From IMG/VR virus record IMGVR_UViG_3300032285_002723, positions 1-64,000 of that record: a stretch of 64,000 bases of DNA; one strand, given 5' to 3'. A program made the translations under genes and the position numbers. Under the pieces are notes generated by a model that did not search any database, was not told where the DNA came from, and saw nothing but the letters and a program-made list of their open reading frames with translations. The DNA comes from a virus. Below are positions 35,565 to 44,365 of the stretch, piece by piece (the first letter of the stretch is position 1; each line of letters begins with the position of its first letter).

Positions 35565-35756
35565 ATGAATCACAGAAAACATAAACAATCAGAGAATATC
35601 AAAAAGAAACTACTTTCACCAAGTAGAAGTATTCCAGACCCACTAGAAGTAGATGCAGTATGCCCTTATTGTGGAAAGTATGATAAGTCTTGTTCTTATG
35701 TAAATAGTGTAAGTCGTGCTTATGCAAGAGGTGCCTGTGCTAAAAAGAATGCTTGA
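35565..35756 (+). CDS. small Cys-containing hypothetical protein
   Basis: 63 aa, CPYC...C...C. Confidence 0.5.
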   Translation: MNHRKHKQSENIKKKLLSPSRSIPDPLEVDAVCPYCGKYDKSCSYVNSVSRAYARGACAKKNA

Positions 35757-35845
35757 TATTTTTGAGAGAGACCAGGACATTACAGTTTATGAGGAATTTC
35801 ATTACATATACATAACATTAAGAGAAACGATAAGTATTTTAAGAA

Positions 35846-36547
35846 ATGGGAATCAGTTATAATCCTCGTATAGTTACTGATGGTCTTGTATTAGCACTGG
35901 ATGCTGGGAATGTAAAAAGTTATCCTGGAAGTGGAACTACTTGGACTGATTTGAGTGGTAGAGGTAATATAGGAACACTGACGAATGGACCTACTTATAA
36001 TAGTGCGAATGGTGGGTCTATTGTTTTTGATGGTGTGGATGATTATGTTTCTTTTGGTAGTTTAGGATCTCAATTTTCTAATTTTACTGTTGAAATTTGG
36101 TTTAAATCTGATTCGGTTGAAAATTATAGAAATCCAATTGATTGTAATTGGTTAGTAGAAAATGGATCCTATAGTAATCTTGGACCAAGACTGGAACAAA
36201 CTTCTGCAGGAAATTTAAGTTGGATTGTAGGATCTGGTAGTGATGTATATTCTTTTGTAACACTTGTGCCTTCTGGATTAAGTTCAATTCCATATCATCA
36301 TGCTGTTATTACTAAGACAAGTTCTACAAATTTTAATGGATATTACAATGGAAATTATACATCAAGTTTATCCTTTAGTGGGTGGGCAGGATCTATGTTA
36401 AATGTAAATATTGGTAAAGGATTTAGTCCTAGTGGTGAAAGGTGGTTTATTGGTAAAATACCTTCAGTAAAAATATACAACAGAGCACTCACAGCAGCAG
36501 AAATCTCACAAAACTTTAATGCTCTCCGTTCAAGGTTCTCAATATAA
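35846..36547 (+). CDS. LamG-like lectin-fold protein, paralog 1
   Basis: GLVLALDAGN.KSYPGSGTTWTDLSG ... IYNRALTAAEISQNFNALR. Confidence 0.75.
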   Translation: MGISYNPRIVTDGLVLALDAGNVKSYPGSGTTWTDLSGRGNIGTLTNGPTYNSANGGSIVFDGVDDYVSFGSLGSQFSNFTVEIWFKSDSVENYRNPIDCNWLVENGSYSNLGPRLEQTSAGNLSWIVGSGSDVYSFVTLVPSGLSSIPYHHAVITKTSSTNFNGYYNGNYTSSLSFSGWAGSMLNVNIGKGFSPSGERWFIGKIPSVKIYNRALTAAEISQNFNALRSRFSI

Positions 36548-36564
36548 ATACCTAAAAAACGATT

Positions 36565-36816
36565 ATGTACTCTGATAGAAACTTCCTTATTTTTCCAGTT
36601 GCTGAACTACCAAAAGTAGATTTCTCTCAAGTGTGTGAGACTTCTACTGAAACTGTGCGTAAGAGTGTGGATGAAACCAAGGCATTTGTGAAATGGGATG
36701 GTGAAGCACCTGCATTTGTTGCCGAGATTGAAGATGCAGAAGGACCTTATACTTATGAGGAGATTTTGGTGATTTTAGCAACCGAAGAATGGTCTAAACC
36801 TATGGAGGAAATGTAA
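36565..36816 (+). CDS. small acidic protein within the LamG cluster
   Basis: 83 aa; TATAAATA late box at about 36543-36550. Confidence 0.65.
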   Translation: MYSDRNFLIFPVAELPKVDFSQVCETSTETVRKSVDETKAFVKWDGEAPAFVAEIEDAEGPYTYEEILVILATEEWSKPMEEM

Positions 36817-36817
36817 G

Positions 36818-37522
36818 GTGGGATTATCTCATAGTCCTTCACTGGTTCTTTCAGGATTAACTTTATGTCTTGATGCTGGGAATACCAAAAGTTATCCTGG
36901 AAGTGGAACCACTTGGACTGATATAAGTGGTAAAGGTAAAAACTTTACTTGGGTCAGTGCTCCTACATTTACATCTAATGGACCATTATCATATTTTTCA
37001 ACATTAGGAAATAGATGTACTGGTCCTGCATCAAATTCTTTTGGTATTGATAACACAAGTGGATATACAATATTTTTAATATGCAAACAAAATGCATTAG
37101 TTACTACGGCAGCATTTAAGTTTTATACTTCTGGTCTTTATGGTAGAGGAATTTTTGTACACTGCACTTGGTCTGATGATGTTGTTTATTTTGACCAGGG
37201 TGGTTGTTGTGGAGCAGATACTAGAACATCTGTTGCAAGTGGAGGTTCTCAGACTTGGAATATTTGGACATTTAGAAGATTTACTAATAGTTCAACAAGA
37301 AGCATTAGTAAAAATGGAACTACATTAATTACAAATACTGCTACAGCAGCAGATATTAATTTAACTTCTACTGGAGTAGATTTGGGTAGTACTGATGAAT
37401 ATGGTGGTAATAGTTCTACTTGGGATGCACAGTTAAATTCCTTTATTGTATATAATCGTGGATTATCTGATGTTGAAGTCTCACAAAACTTTAATGCCCT
37501 TCGTGGGAGGTATGGAATCTAA
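36818..37522 (+). CDS. LamG-like lectin-fold protein, paralog 2
   Basis: GTG start; LDAGNTKSYPGSGTTWTD ... VYNRGLSDVEVSQNFNALRGRYGI. Confidence 0.75.
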   Translation: MGLSHSPSLVLSGLTLCLDAGNTKSYPGSGTTWTDISGKGKNFTWVSAPTFTSNGPLSYFSTLGNRCTGPASNSFGIDNTSGYTIFLICKQNALVTTAAFKFYTSGLYGRGIFVHCTWSDDVVYFDQGGCCGADTRTSVASGGSQTWNIWTFRRFTNSSTRSISKNGTTLITNTATAADINLTSTGVDLGSTDEYGGNSSTWDAQLNSFIVYNRGLSDVEVSQNFNALRGRYGI

Positions 37523-38244
37523 TGGCAGTTTATGGTGGTCCAAATTCAGTAGTATCTGGATTAGTTTTAGAACTTGATGCTGGAAATTTAAAGAGTTATC
37601 CTGGAAGTGGAACTACCTGGACTGATTTAAGTGGTAAAGGTAATACAGGAACTCTTACGAATGGACCTACTTATAGTAGTGCGAATGGTGGGTCTATTGT
37701 TTTTGATGGTACGAATGATTATATTGATTTATCCAACAGATCACTTCCATTAATAAATGTCTCTCAATTCACATACTCAACGTTTATAAAAATAACAAGT
37801 TCTGCAACATTAGGAACGTTGTTTAGTTTTGGTGACAGTGTTAATTATGCTAATGATGTAATGTTTTTTTATTATTCAGGTAATTCAACTTTAAACTTTC
37901 AAGTTAATAATGGTGGTGATGGTGCAGGATATTTTGCATATAGTATAGGTTCTTGGAGTAATATATCTGTAGTTTATGATGGAACTCAATCAACAAATGC
38001 CACAAGACTTAAAGTTTATCTTAATGGAATTCAGCAAACTTTAAGTTTTGACTATACAGTTCCAGCAACAACATCATCTGCAAACTTTACTGGTGCTGCT
38101 ATTGGCATATATTCTACTAGTGGTTTTACTAGTGATACGATTATAGGTGGAAATGTTGGTACTGCATCACTATACAACAGAGCACTCTCCACAGCAGAAG
38201 TCTCACAAAACTTTAATGCTTTGAGAGGAAGGTTTGGCATCTAA
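37522..38244 (+). CDS. LamG-like lectin-fold protein, paralog 3
   Basis: LDAGNLKSYPGSGTTWTDLSG ... LYNRALSTAEVSQNFNALRGRFGI. Confidence 0.75.
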   Translation: MAVYGGPNSVVSGLVLELDAGNLKSYPGSGTTWTDLSGKGNTGTLTNGPTYSSANGGSIVFDGTNDYIDLSNRSLPLINVSQFTYSTFIKITSSATLGTLFSFGDSVNYANDVMFFYYSGNSTLNFQVNNGGDGAGYFAYSIGSWSNISVVYDGTQSTNATRLKVYLNGIQQTLSFDYTVPATTSSANFTGAAIGIYSTSGFTSDTIIGGNVGTASLYNRALSTAEVSQNFNALRGRFGI

Positions 38245-38267
38245 ATAATCATAAGTCGCAGGTACTT

Positions 38268-38639
38268 ATGGTTCCTCTACACTCGTTTAAGGACTATCTG
38301 TTTAATCTTGAAACGACGAGTAAATCAGAAGCAAAACGAATGTGGAGGAAGAATATAAAAGAACAATGGGAACACAAGTGTGCCTATTGTGAATCAGAAG
38401 AAAACATCACACTAGACCACATTACTCCCCAGTGTAAAGGTGGTTTAGACATTAAGACGAATGTAGTTGCTTGCTGCCATTCTTGTAATCAATCCAAGGG
38501 ACATGATCATTGGAAGTTATGGTATGTTCAGCAAGACTTTTACAGTGAAGATAAACTTAATAAAATAGAGGAATGGATGAAACCAGAAGCACCAGCAGAT
38601 CTTTATTCTTATCGCCCAAGAAAAAATATTGCATATTAA
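38268..38639 (+). CDS. HNH endonuclease
   Basis: CAYC..TLDHI.P...GG....N...CCHSCNQSK. Confidence 0.85.
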   Translation: MVPLHSFKDYLFNLETTSKSEAKRMWRKNIKEQWEHKCAYCESEENITLDHITPQCKGGLDIKTNVVACCHSCNQSKGHDHWKLWYVQQDFYSEDKLNKIEEWMKPEAPADLYSYRPRKNIAY

Positions 38640-38673
38640 AATAAAATAAATAACCAAGCGTAAATGAATTGAA

Positions 38674-39027
38674 ATGACAGCACAAGAAATATTAGGATCA
38701 CACTACATACTGGACTTATGTTCTTGTGATAATTATCTTTTGAATGATGTAGATCATATTATGGTGTCATTACGAGAAGCAATTGTTCAATCCAATGCAA
38801 CTCTATTGGAAGAACTTAAGTATGAATTTACTCCTCAAGGAGTTACTGCAATATGTTTGTTGTCAGAAAGTCATATAAGCATTCATACTTGGCCAGAGAA
38901 AGAATATGCAGCAGTAGATATTTTTACTTGTGGTGATCATACCAATCCAGATAAAGCTTGTGATTTTATGATAGATGCATTAAAATCAAAGAAACCTACT
39001 ATGACTATAATTAAAAGAGGAATATAA
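38674..39027 (+). CDS. speD: S-adenosylmethionine decarboxylase proenzyme
   Basis: LLSESHISIHTWPE, DIFTCG. Confidence 0.92.
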   Translation: MTAQEILGSHYILDLCSCDNYLLNDVDHIMVSLREAIVQSNATLLEELKYEFTPQGVTAICLLSESHISIHTWPEKEYAAVDIFTCGDHTNPDKACDFMIDALKSKKPTMTIIKRGI

Positions 39028-39071
39028 TTTCTTTTAATTGTGTGAGTAGTTTTAACTATTATTAAAAAATT

Positions 39072-39320
39072 ATGAATTTTACTGTTTATTCAAAACAAGG
39101 TTGTCCATATTGTGATAAAGTAGTTTCAATACTTAATCATATTTCAGGAACTAAAGGTTGTCCAATTAAAGTTTATTCTCTTGGATCTGATTTTACTAGA
39201 GAACAATTTTATAATGAATTTGGAGAAGGGTCTACTTTCCCTCAAGTCATAATGAATGAAATTAAGTTGGGAGGTTGTAGTGACACAGTTAAATATCTCA
39301 CCGAAAACAAAATCATTTGA
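39072..39320 (+). CDS. nrdC: glutaredoxin
   Basis: CPYC, TFPQV, LGG. Confidence 0.88.
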   Translation: MNFTVYSKQGCPYCDKVVSILNHISGTKGCPIKVYSLGSDFTREQFYNEFGEGSTFPQVIMNEIKLGGCSDTVKYLTENKII

Positions 39321-39489
39321 TATACCAATAAATAGAGGTGTAGAGTTAATATTGGGGGAGAAATCAAAACCCAAAAAGCCAAATCCTTTTTTATTAAAAT
39401 TTGGTAAAATGTTCTCTCTATTTCAAAAAGAGATTCATTTTGAATTTGAGTTTTCAGTTTATATAAAAAAAAGATCTCTCGGAGAATAA
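39256..39489 (+). CDS. hypothetical protein (true start uncertain, probably downstream)
   Basis: ORF track; fills the gap between nrdC and the next gene. Confidence 0.4.
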   Translation: MKLSWEVVVTQLNISPKTKSFDIPINRGVELILGEKSKPKKPNPFLLKFGKMFSLFQKEIHFEFEFSVYIKKRSLGE

Positions 39490-39491
39490 AT

Positions 39492-39731
39492 ATGGAACCC
39501 GCAATATTAGCTATCTTTTGTTTAGTAACTCTTTTATTTTTTGTTATTGGTGGAGTTATAGGTTGGTTCTTAAACGATATCATTCATGCTTTTTTAAACA
39601 AAGGAAAACATATAATCATGCATCCAGAAATGCTTGATGAGAATGGTAATATTTTACCAGATGAAATACTTGCAATTAGATTTGAAAACGATTATGACGA
39701 CAGCAACAACGACGAAGAAGACGACGACTAA
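39492..39731 (+). CDS. membrane protein with acidic tail
   Basis: N-terminal TM helix, HPEMLDENGN; GGAG RBS. Confidence 0.7.
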   Translation: MEPAILAIFCLVTLLFFVIGGVIGWFLNDIIHAFLNKGKHIIMHPEMLDENGNILPDEILAIRFENDYDDSNNDEEDDD

Positions 39732-40284
39732 TTCTTCTGTAAATATAGAACTTCCTGCTAATCCTTTTGTATTTGAAATTTTTGATCTTGTAAATAAACA
39801 AAGATCAAATTCAAAGAAAGTAGAAATTCTTCAAAAATATGAACATCCATCATTGAAGGCATTGTTCATATGGAATTTTGATGAAACAGTAATTACTGTT
39901 CTTCCTCCTGGAGAAGTTCCATATTCTAATTTAAAATCAGAGCAAAAATTTAGTGGAACTTTAACTAATAAAGTTGACAATCTCATTGACACTATGAGTA
40001 ATAATGAAACGACTTCTCTTGGAAATGCATCAGATTTAACTCAAGGTCACACTACCATTCGTAAAGAATATGTGAGATTTTATAATTTTATCAAAGGTGG
40101 AAATGATTCTCTAGCATCTCTTCGTAGAGAAACAATGTTTATTCAAATGTTGGAAGGTTTGCATCCACTTGAAGCACAAATTGTTTGCCTTGTGAAGAAT
40201 AAAGAACTTCAGAAAAAATATAAAATCACAAAAGAGATTGTTTCTGAAGCATATCCAGATATTACTTGGGGAAACCGTAGTTGA
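39694..40284 (+). CDS. conserved T4-like hypothetical protein
   Basis: LPPGEVPY, RRETMFIQMLEGLHPLEA; ATG 39694 preferred. Confidence 0.75.
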   Translation: MTTATTTKKTTTNSSVNIELPANPFVFEIFDLVNKQRSNSKKVEILQKYEHPSLKALFIWNFDETVITVLPPGEVPYSNLKSEQKFSGTLTNKVDNLIDTMSNNETTSLGNASDLTQGHTTIRKEYVRFYNFIKGGNDSLASLRRETMFIQMLEGLHPLEAQIVCLVKNKELQKKYKITKEIVSEAYPDITWGNRS

Positions 40285-40293
40285 GGAATTTAA

Positions 40294-40557
40294 ATGTCAT
40301 TAAAAATTATTCATGAAAAATGTGATAAGACATTATCAAATAATAAAAGTCTTCCAATAAATTCATATTTGATTACTTATATTGTAGAAGATAAAACTTA
40401 TTATGATATTGTGCAATCAAATGGTAGGGTATCTATATTTGATTCATATTATGATCAATATGGGAAAGGTTCTCTTCAATCAATTGAATGGACTGATGGA
40501 AGAGTAAATCCAAAATTTTATGGAGTAACTAAACCAGAGAGGAAAAGTAAAAAATGA
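40294..40557 (+). CDS. hypothetical protein
   Basis: 87 aa, GAGG RBS. Confidence 0.65.
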   Translation: MSLKIIHEKCDKTLSNNKSLPINSYLITYIVEDKTYYDIVQSNGRVSIFDSYYDQYGKGSLQSIEWTDGRVNPKFYGVTKPERKSKK

Positions 40558-40724
40558 ATGATAAATTAGTTGCAAATATTGATCCAGAAGAATTTACAAA
40601 AATTAAAAAGAAATATAAAAAACTAAAGAAGTATATGAAATCTCCACTTTATCAAGTTAAAGTGATGGATGGAACTGAAAAAATTGTAACAAATTTACTC
40701 AAAGAAAATCAACAAGAATTATAA
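40554..40724 (+). CDS. hypothetical protein (56 aa)
   Basis: MNDKLVANIDPEEFTKIKKKYKKLKKYMKSPLYQVKVMDG...; ATGA coupling. Confidence 0.55.
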   Translation: MNDKLVANIDPEEFTKIKKKYKKLKKYMKSPLYQVKVMDGTEKIVTNLLKENQQEL

Positions 40725-40732
40725 GATAATTT

Positions 40733-40771
40733 AAAGGAGACCTTGACATGTCTTCTTTTTTTGTGTAAAAT
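40733..40771 (+). promoter_or_regulatory. terminator hairpin overlapping a sigma70 promoter
   Basis: AAAGGAGAC/GTCTTCTTT stem with TTGACA (40743-40748) in the loop; 17 nt; TAAAAT. Confidence 0.65.
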
Positions 40772-40791
40772 AATAGAAATATTTCATAATT

Positions 40792-40944
40792 ATGGATAGA
40801 GAAAAAGTTAAACTTATCATACGAAATATGGAACTTCTTGTTGATTCATTAAAAGCAGAGATCTACTTTGATGAATCAATTACTGGCATTGATAAGAATG
40901 TTTATCTTGAACCTAATGATTACGATGAAATTTTTGAAGAATAA
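40792..40944 (+). CDS. hypothetical protein (50 aa)
   Basis: MDREKVKLIIRNMELLVDSLKAEIY...YDEIFEE*. Confidence 0.6.
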   Translation: MDREKVKLIIRNMELLVDSLKAEIYFDESITGIDKNVYLEPNDYDEIFEE

Positions 40945-40962
40945 TAAAATTGAGGACATTTA

Positions 40963-41652
40963 ATGGAACCAACAGTTAGACTTATTTCTGCAACACCAGA
41001 CGCAGAGAAGCATATTGCATATTGTGCTCGTGTAAGTAATCCAAAAAATCAAGAGAACTCAAATTTTGAAGGATTGCTTAAATATTGTATTAAAAACCAG
41101 CATTGGAGCATTTTTGAACATGCTTTCCTTACAGTTGAGATTAACACCTCGTTGGCGATTGCTACGCAGATCTTGCGTCATAGGTCTTTCACCTTTCAAC
41201 AATTTAGTCAAAGGTATGCTGATAGTACGGAACTTCAACTTGAACTTCCTACGCCTGATCTTCGCCGCCAAGACACAAAGAATCGTCAAAATAGCACAGA
41301 CGATCTTGACTATAACGTAAAAGTAAATCTTCAAGAAAGAATTCAAAAGCATTTTGAACGTTCTCTTTCTTTGTATAACGAAATGCTTGAGAAGGGTGTA
41401 GCAAAGGAATGTGCTAGGTTTGTTCTCCCACAGGCAACACAGACCCGTTTGTATATGTCTGGTAGTCTTCGTAGTTGGATGCATTATATTGACCTTCGTA
41501 GTGCTCACGGCACCCAGAAGGAGCATATGGAGGTCGCAGAAGCAATCCGTTGTATCTTTACCTGTCAGTTCCCTACCATCTCTTCTGCTCTTGGTTGGGG
41601 TAGGGAAAATTGTCCCGAATGTCAAGATGCCCCTTCTATTTGCATAGAATAA
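40963..41652 (+). CDS. thyX: flavin-dependent thymidylate synthase
   Basis: HWSIFEH, RHRSFTFQQFSQRY, KECAR. Confidence 0.95.
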   Translation: MEPTVRLISATPDAEKHIAYCARVSNPKNQENSNFEGLLKYCIKNQHWSIFEHAFLTVEINTSLAIATQILRHRSFTFQQFSQRYADSTELQLELPTPDLRRQDTKNRQNSTDDLDYNVKVNLQERIQKHFERSLSLYNEMLEKGVAKECARFVLPQATQTRLYMSGSLRSWMHYIDLRSAHGTQKEHMEVAEAIRCIFTCQFPTISSALGWGRENCPECQDAPSICIE

Positions 41653-41681
41653 ATATTTTTATATAAAATGGAGATTTAATT

Positions 41682-41924
41682 TTGGCAATTTATCCGATTA
41701 TTCATAAAGAAACTGGTGAAACGAAAGTGATTGAAATGAGTGTTCACGATATCACCCAGTGGTATCAGGACAATCCCCAGTGGTCCAGAGATTGGTCACA
41801 AGGATCCGCAAGTCCAGGAGAGGTTGGTGAGTGGAAAGACAAACTCATCAGTCGTAATCCTTCGTGGAATTCTGTACTTGAAAAAGCAGGAAAAATGCCT
41901 GGTTCATCTGTAAAAAAAATCTAA
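41682..41924 (+). CDS. conserved cyanophage hypothetical protein
   Basis: TTG start with GGAG RBS and ATAAATA box. Confidence 0.65.
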   Translation: MAIYPIIHKETGETKVIEMSVHDITQWYQDNPQWSRDWSQGSASPGEVGEWKDKLISRNPSWNSVLEKAGKMPGSSVKKI

Positions 41925-41933
41925 CAAAACATA

Positions 41934-42692
41934 ATGGCAAGACAACGAAAGAGAAGTGGCGATCAACCAATTGGGGTTGATATGACTGCAAAACAATCAA
42001 AAAGAAAAAAACCAATCAATGCCGATTTACTAATAGATATTGAACCCCTTACTGATAATCAAAAGAAACTTTTTGAATCTTATAGTGAAGGAAAACATTT
42101 AGTTGCTTATGGTGCTGCAGGAACAGGAAAAACTTTCATTAGTCTTTATAATGCCTTAAAGGATGTTTTGAATCCTATTACTCCCTATGAACAAATTTAT
42201 ATTGTTCGTTCTCTTGTAGCAACTCGTGAAATTGGATTTCTTCCTGGAGATCACGAAGATAAATCATCACTTTATCAAATTCCTTATAAGAATATGGTAA
42301 AGTATATGTTCCAGATGCCAAGTGATGCAGACTTTGAAATGCTTTATGCTGGATTAAAAGCACAAGAAACTGTTAAATTCTGGAGTACTTCATTTATTCG
42401 TGGAACAACTCTTGATAATTCAATTATTATTATTGACGAATTTCAAAATCTTAATTTTCACGAATTGGATTCTATTATTACTCGTGTTGGTGAAAACAGT
42501 AGAATTGTTTTTTGTGGAGATGCAAGTCAATCAGATTTACAAAAGGCAAATGAAAGAAATGGAATTGTTGATTTTATGAGTATTTTGCGTAAAATGCCAT
42601 CTTTTGATATTGTTGAATTTGGTATTGATGATATTGTTCGTTCTGGACTTGTCAAAGAATACATTGTTGCCAAACTTGAACTCGGGTTGTAA
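41934..42692 (+). CDS. phoH: PhoH-like ATPase
   Basis: GAAGTGKT, IGFLPG, RGTTL, DEFQN, GD..QSD, DIVRS. Confidence 0.93.
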   Translation: MARQRKRSGDQPIGVDMTAKQSKRKKPINADLLIDIEPLTDNQKKLFESYSEGKHLVAYGAAGTGKTFISLYNALKDVLNPITPYEQIYIVRSLVATREIGFLPGDHEDKSSLYQIPYKNMVKYMFQMPSDADFEMLYAGLKAQETVKFWSTSFIRGTTLDNSIIIIDEFQNLNFHELDSIITRVGENSRIVFCGDASQSDLQKANERNGIVDFMSILRKMPSFDIVEFGIDDIVRSGLVKEYIVAKLELGL

Positions 42693-43369
42693 TGTTTAAC
42701 TATGTAGATTTGGATCTACCCCAATTGGAGAGGGAGACCATTGATGGTGTAAGATATTATAAGGTTCCTAATGAGGATGAGTTAATTAAACTTGTCTCTA
42801 TCACTTCTGTAACCAGTCATAAGAACCGTCAGTTCTTTGCTGACTGGAGAAAGAAAGTAGGAGAAGAAAAAGCAAATAAAATCACAAAGCAAGCAACCAG
42901 TCGTGGGACTGATATGCACACACTTGCTGAAATGTATTTGAAGAATGAAGAGTTCTCTTCTCAAGTTCTTCCAATTTCGCAAATGTTATTTGGAATTGCC
43001 AAACCTTATTTAAATAAAATAAATAATATTCACGCACTTGAAAACTCTTTGTATAGCAAAGTTTTAGGTATTGCGGGAACTGTTGATTGTATTGCAGAAT
43101 ACGATGGTGAATTAGCAGTTATTGACTTCAAGACTTCAAAGAAACCAAAACCAAGAGATTGGATTGAGCATTATTTCGTACAGTGTGCTGCTTATGCTTG
43201 CATGTTATATGAGATGACTGGTATAATGGTAAAGAAGTTTGTAATCATAATGGCTTGTGAAAACGGAGAATGTGAAATTTATGAAGAATACGACAAAGGC
43301 AAGTACATCAAGTTACTCACCGAATATATTAGAGAATTTGTTAGAGATAAACTTCAGCAATATGAATGA
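42692..43369 (+). CDS. PD-(D/E)xK exonuclease
   Basis: SITSV, RGT.MH, AGTVDC, IDFKTS, Q..AY. Confidence 0.85.
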   Translation: MFNYVDLDLPQLERETIDGVRYYKVPNEDELIKLVSITSVTSHKNRQFFADWRKKVGEEKANKITKQATSRGTDMHTLAEMYLKNEEFSSQVLPISQMLFGIAKPYLNKINNIHALENSLYSKVLGIAGTVDCIAEYDGELAVIDFKTSKKPKPRDWIEHYFVQCAAYACMLYEMTGIMVKKFVIIMACENGECEIYEEYDKGKYIKLLTEYIREFVRDKLQQYE

Positions 43370-43616
43370 TAAAATAAAGGAAGAATTGGACAGTAAATTT
43401 ATCTGTCCTCAAAAATTTGCACAAGAGATTGAACAAATTGTAAAAAATTGTAAGGTCAATTATATTGATGCGATCATTAGTTATTGTGAAGAAAATTCAA
43501 TTGAAATTGAAAGTGTATCTAAATTAGTTTCTAAACCACTAAAGGAGAAACTTAAAAATAATGCAACTGAACTTAACTTTTTAAAGAAAACTACTAAAGC
43601 ACGTTTGCCTCTGTAA
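43362..43616 (+). CDS. gp33: late transcription co-activator
   Basis: F..EIE, NYIDAI..YCEEN.IE, SKPLKEKL; ATG 43362. Confidence 0.85.
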   Translation: MNDKIKEELDSKFICPQKFAQEIEQIVKNCKVNYIDAIISYCEENSIEIESVSKLVSKPLKEKLKNNATELNFLKKTTKARLPL

Positions 43617-43637
43617 TACTAAACTATATAATAATGC

Positions 43638-43726
43638 CTGCGTTGGGTGCAATCTTCACAGGTGGAGAGGAGGCAGTAATGCCTCTTTTCTTATATAAAT
43701 AATAATGCACCCAACTCAAGAGCAGA
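43638..43726 (+). promoter_or_regulatory. long-range hairpin enclosing terminator and late promoter, masking the endonuclease RBS
   Basis: CTGCGTTGGGTGCA (43638-43651) pairs with TGCACCCAAC..GCAG (43706-43725); TATAAATA 43694-43701. Confidence 0.6.
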
Positions 43727-44335
43727 ATGTATTATGTTTATCTCTGGGTAAGAGAAGATAGAACACCCTATTACGTTGGTAAGGGTAAAGAATATAGAGC
43801 GTATGTAAAGCATATTTGGGGGAAAAGATGGATTTCTCCTCCACCAAAAGATAGAATAGTAATAGTTAAATATTTTGATAATGAAGAAGAAAGTTATTTA
43901 TTTGAAGAATGGTTAATATCTACATATAGAAGAAAAACTGAAGGTGGTATTCTTATTAATAGAAGTATAGGAGGAAGAAATAAATCAAGTTTAATAAGAA
44001 GCCAAACAGAAAAACAAAAATTGAGAAATGAATCTTTAAAAAAATACAAACAATCTGAAAAAGGAAGAGAAACTCATAAAAAATGGGTGCAAGAAAATAA
44101 AGAAAAGGTAAGAGAAATTAAGAAAAAATATAGAGATAATAATAGAGAAAAATTAAATGAAAAAAGTAGAAATAGTAAAACAAAAAAAGAATTTAATAAA
44201 AATTATAGAGAAAAAAATAAAGAAAAAATGAAAAAATATCATAAACAATATAGTGAAAAAAATAAAGAAAAATTAAGAGATTATTATAGGCAGTATTACC
44301 AAAAGAAAAAACTTGACGCAGAGAAAATCTCTTGA
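43727..44335 (+). CDS. GIY-YIG (Seg-like) homing endonuclease
   Basis: YYVYLWVREDRTPYYVGKGK..RA; K-rich YRE.N.EK repeats; inserted between gp33 and gp59. Confidence 0.8.
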   Translation: MYYVYLWVREDRTPYYVGKGKEYRAYVKHIWGKRWISPPPKDRIVIVKYFDNEEESYLFEEWLISTYRRKTEGGILINRSIGGRNKSSLIRSQTEKQKLRNESLKKYKQSEKGRETHKKWVQENKEKVREIKKKYRDNNREKLNEKSRNSKTKKEFNKNYREKNKEKMKKYHKQYSEKNKEKLRDYYRQYYQKKKLDAEKIS

Positions 44336-44365
44336 TATAATATATTGATAAATGGAGATTGGTAA

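Noticed and set aside
35846-38244. Diversity-generating retroelement or invertase shufflon
   Set aside because: There is no reverse transcriptase, no adenine-specific TR/VR pair, no recombinase and no inverted cassettes in the window.
41059-41625. 188-aa antisense ORF over thyX (likewise 18263-18802, 28010-28537, 47404-47940, 51256-51723)
   Set aside because: These are antisense shadows of well-supported genes, with no RBS, promoter or motifs.
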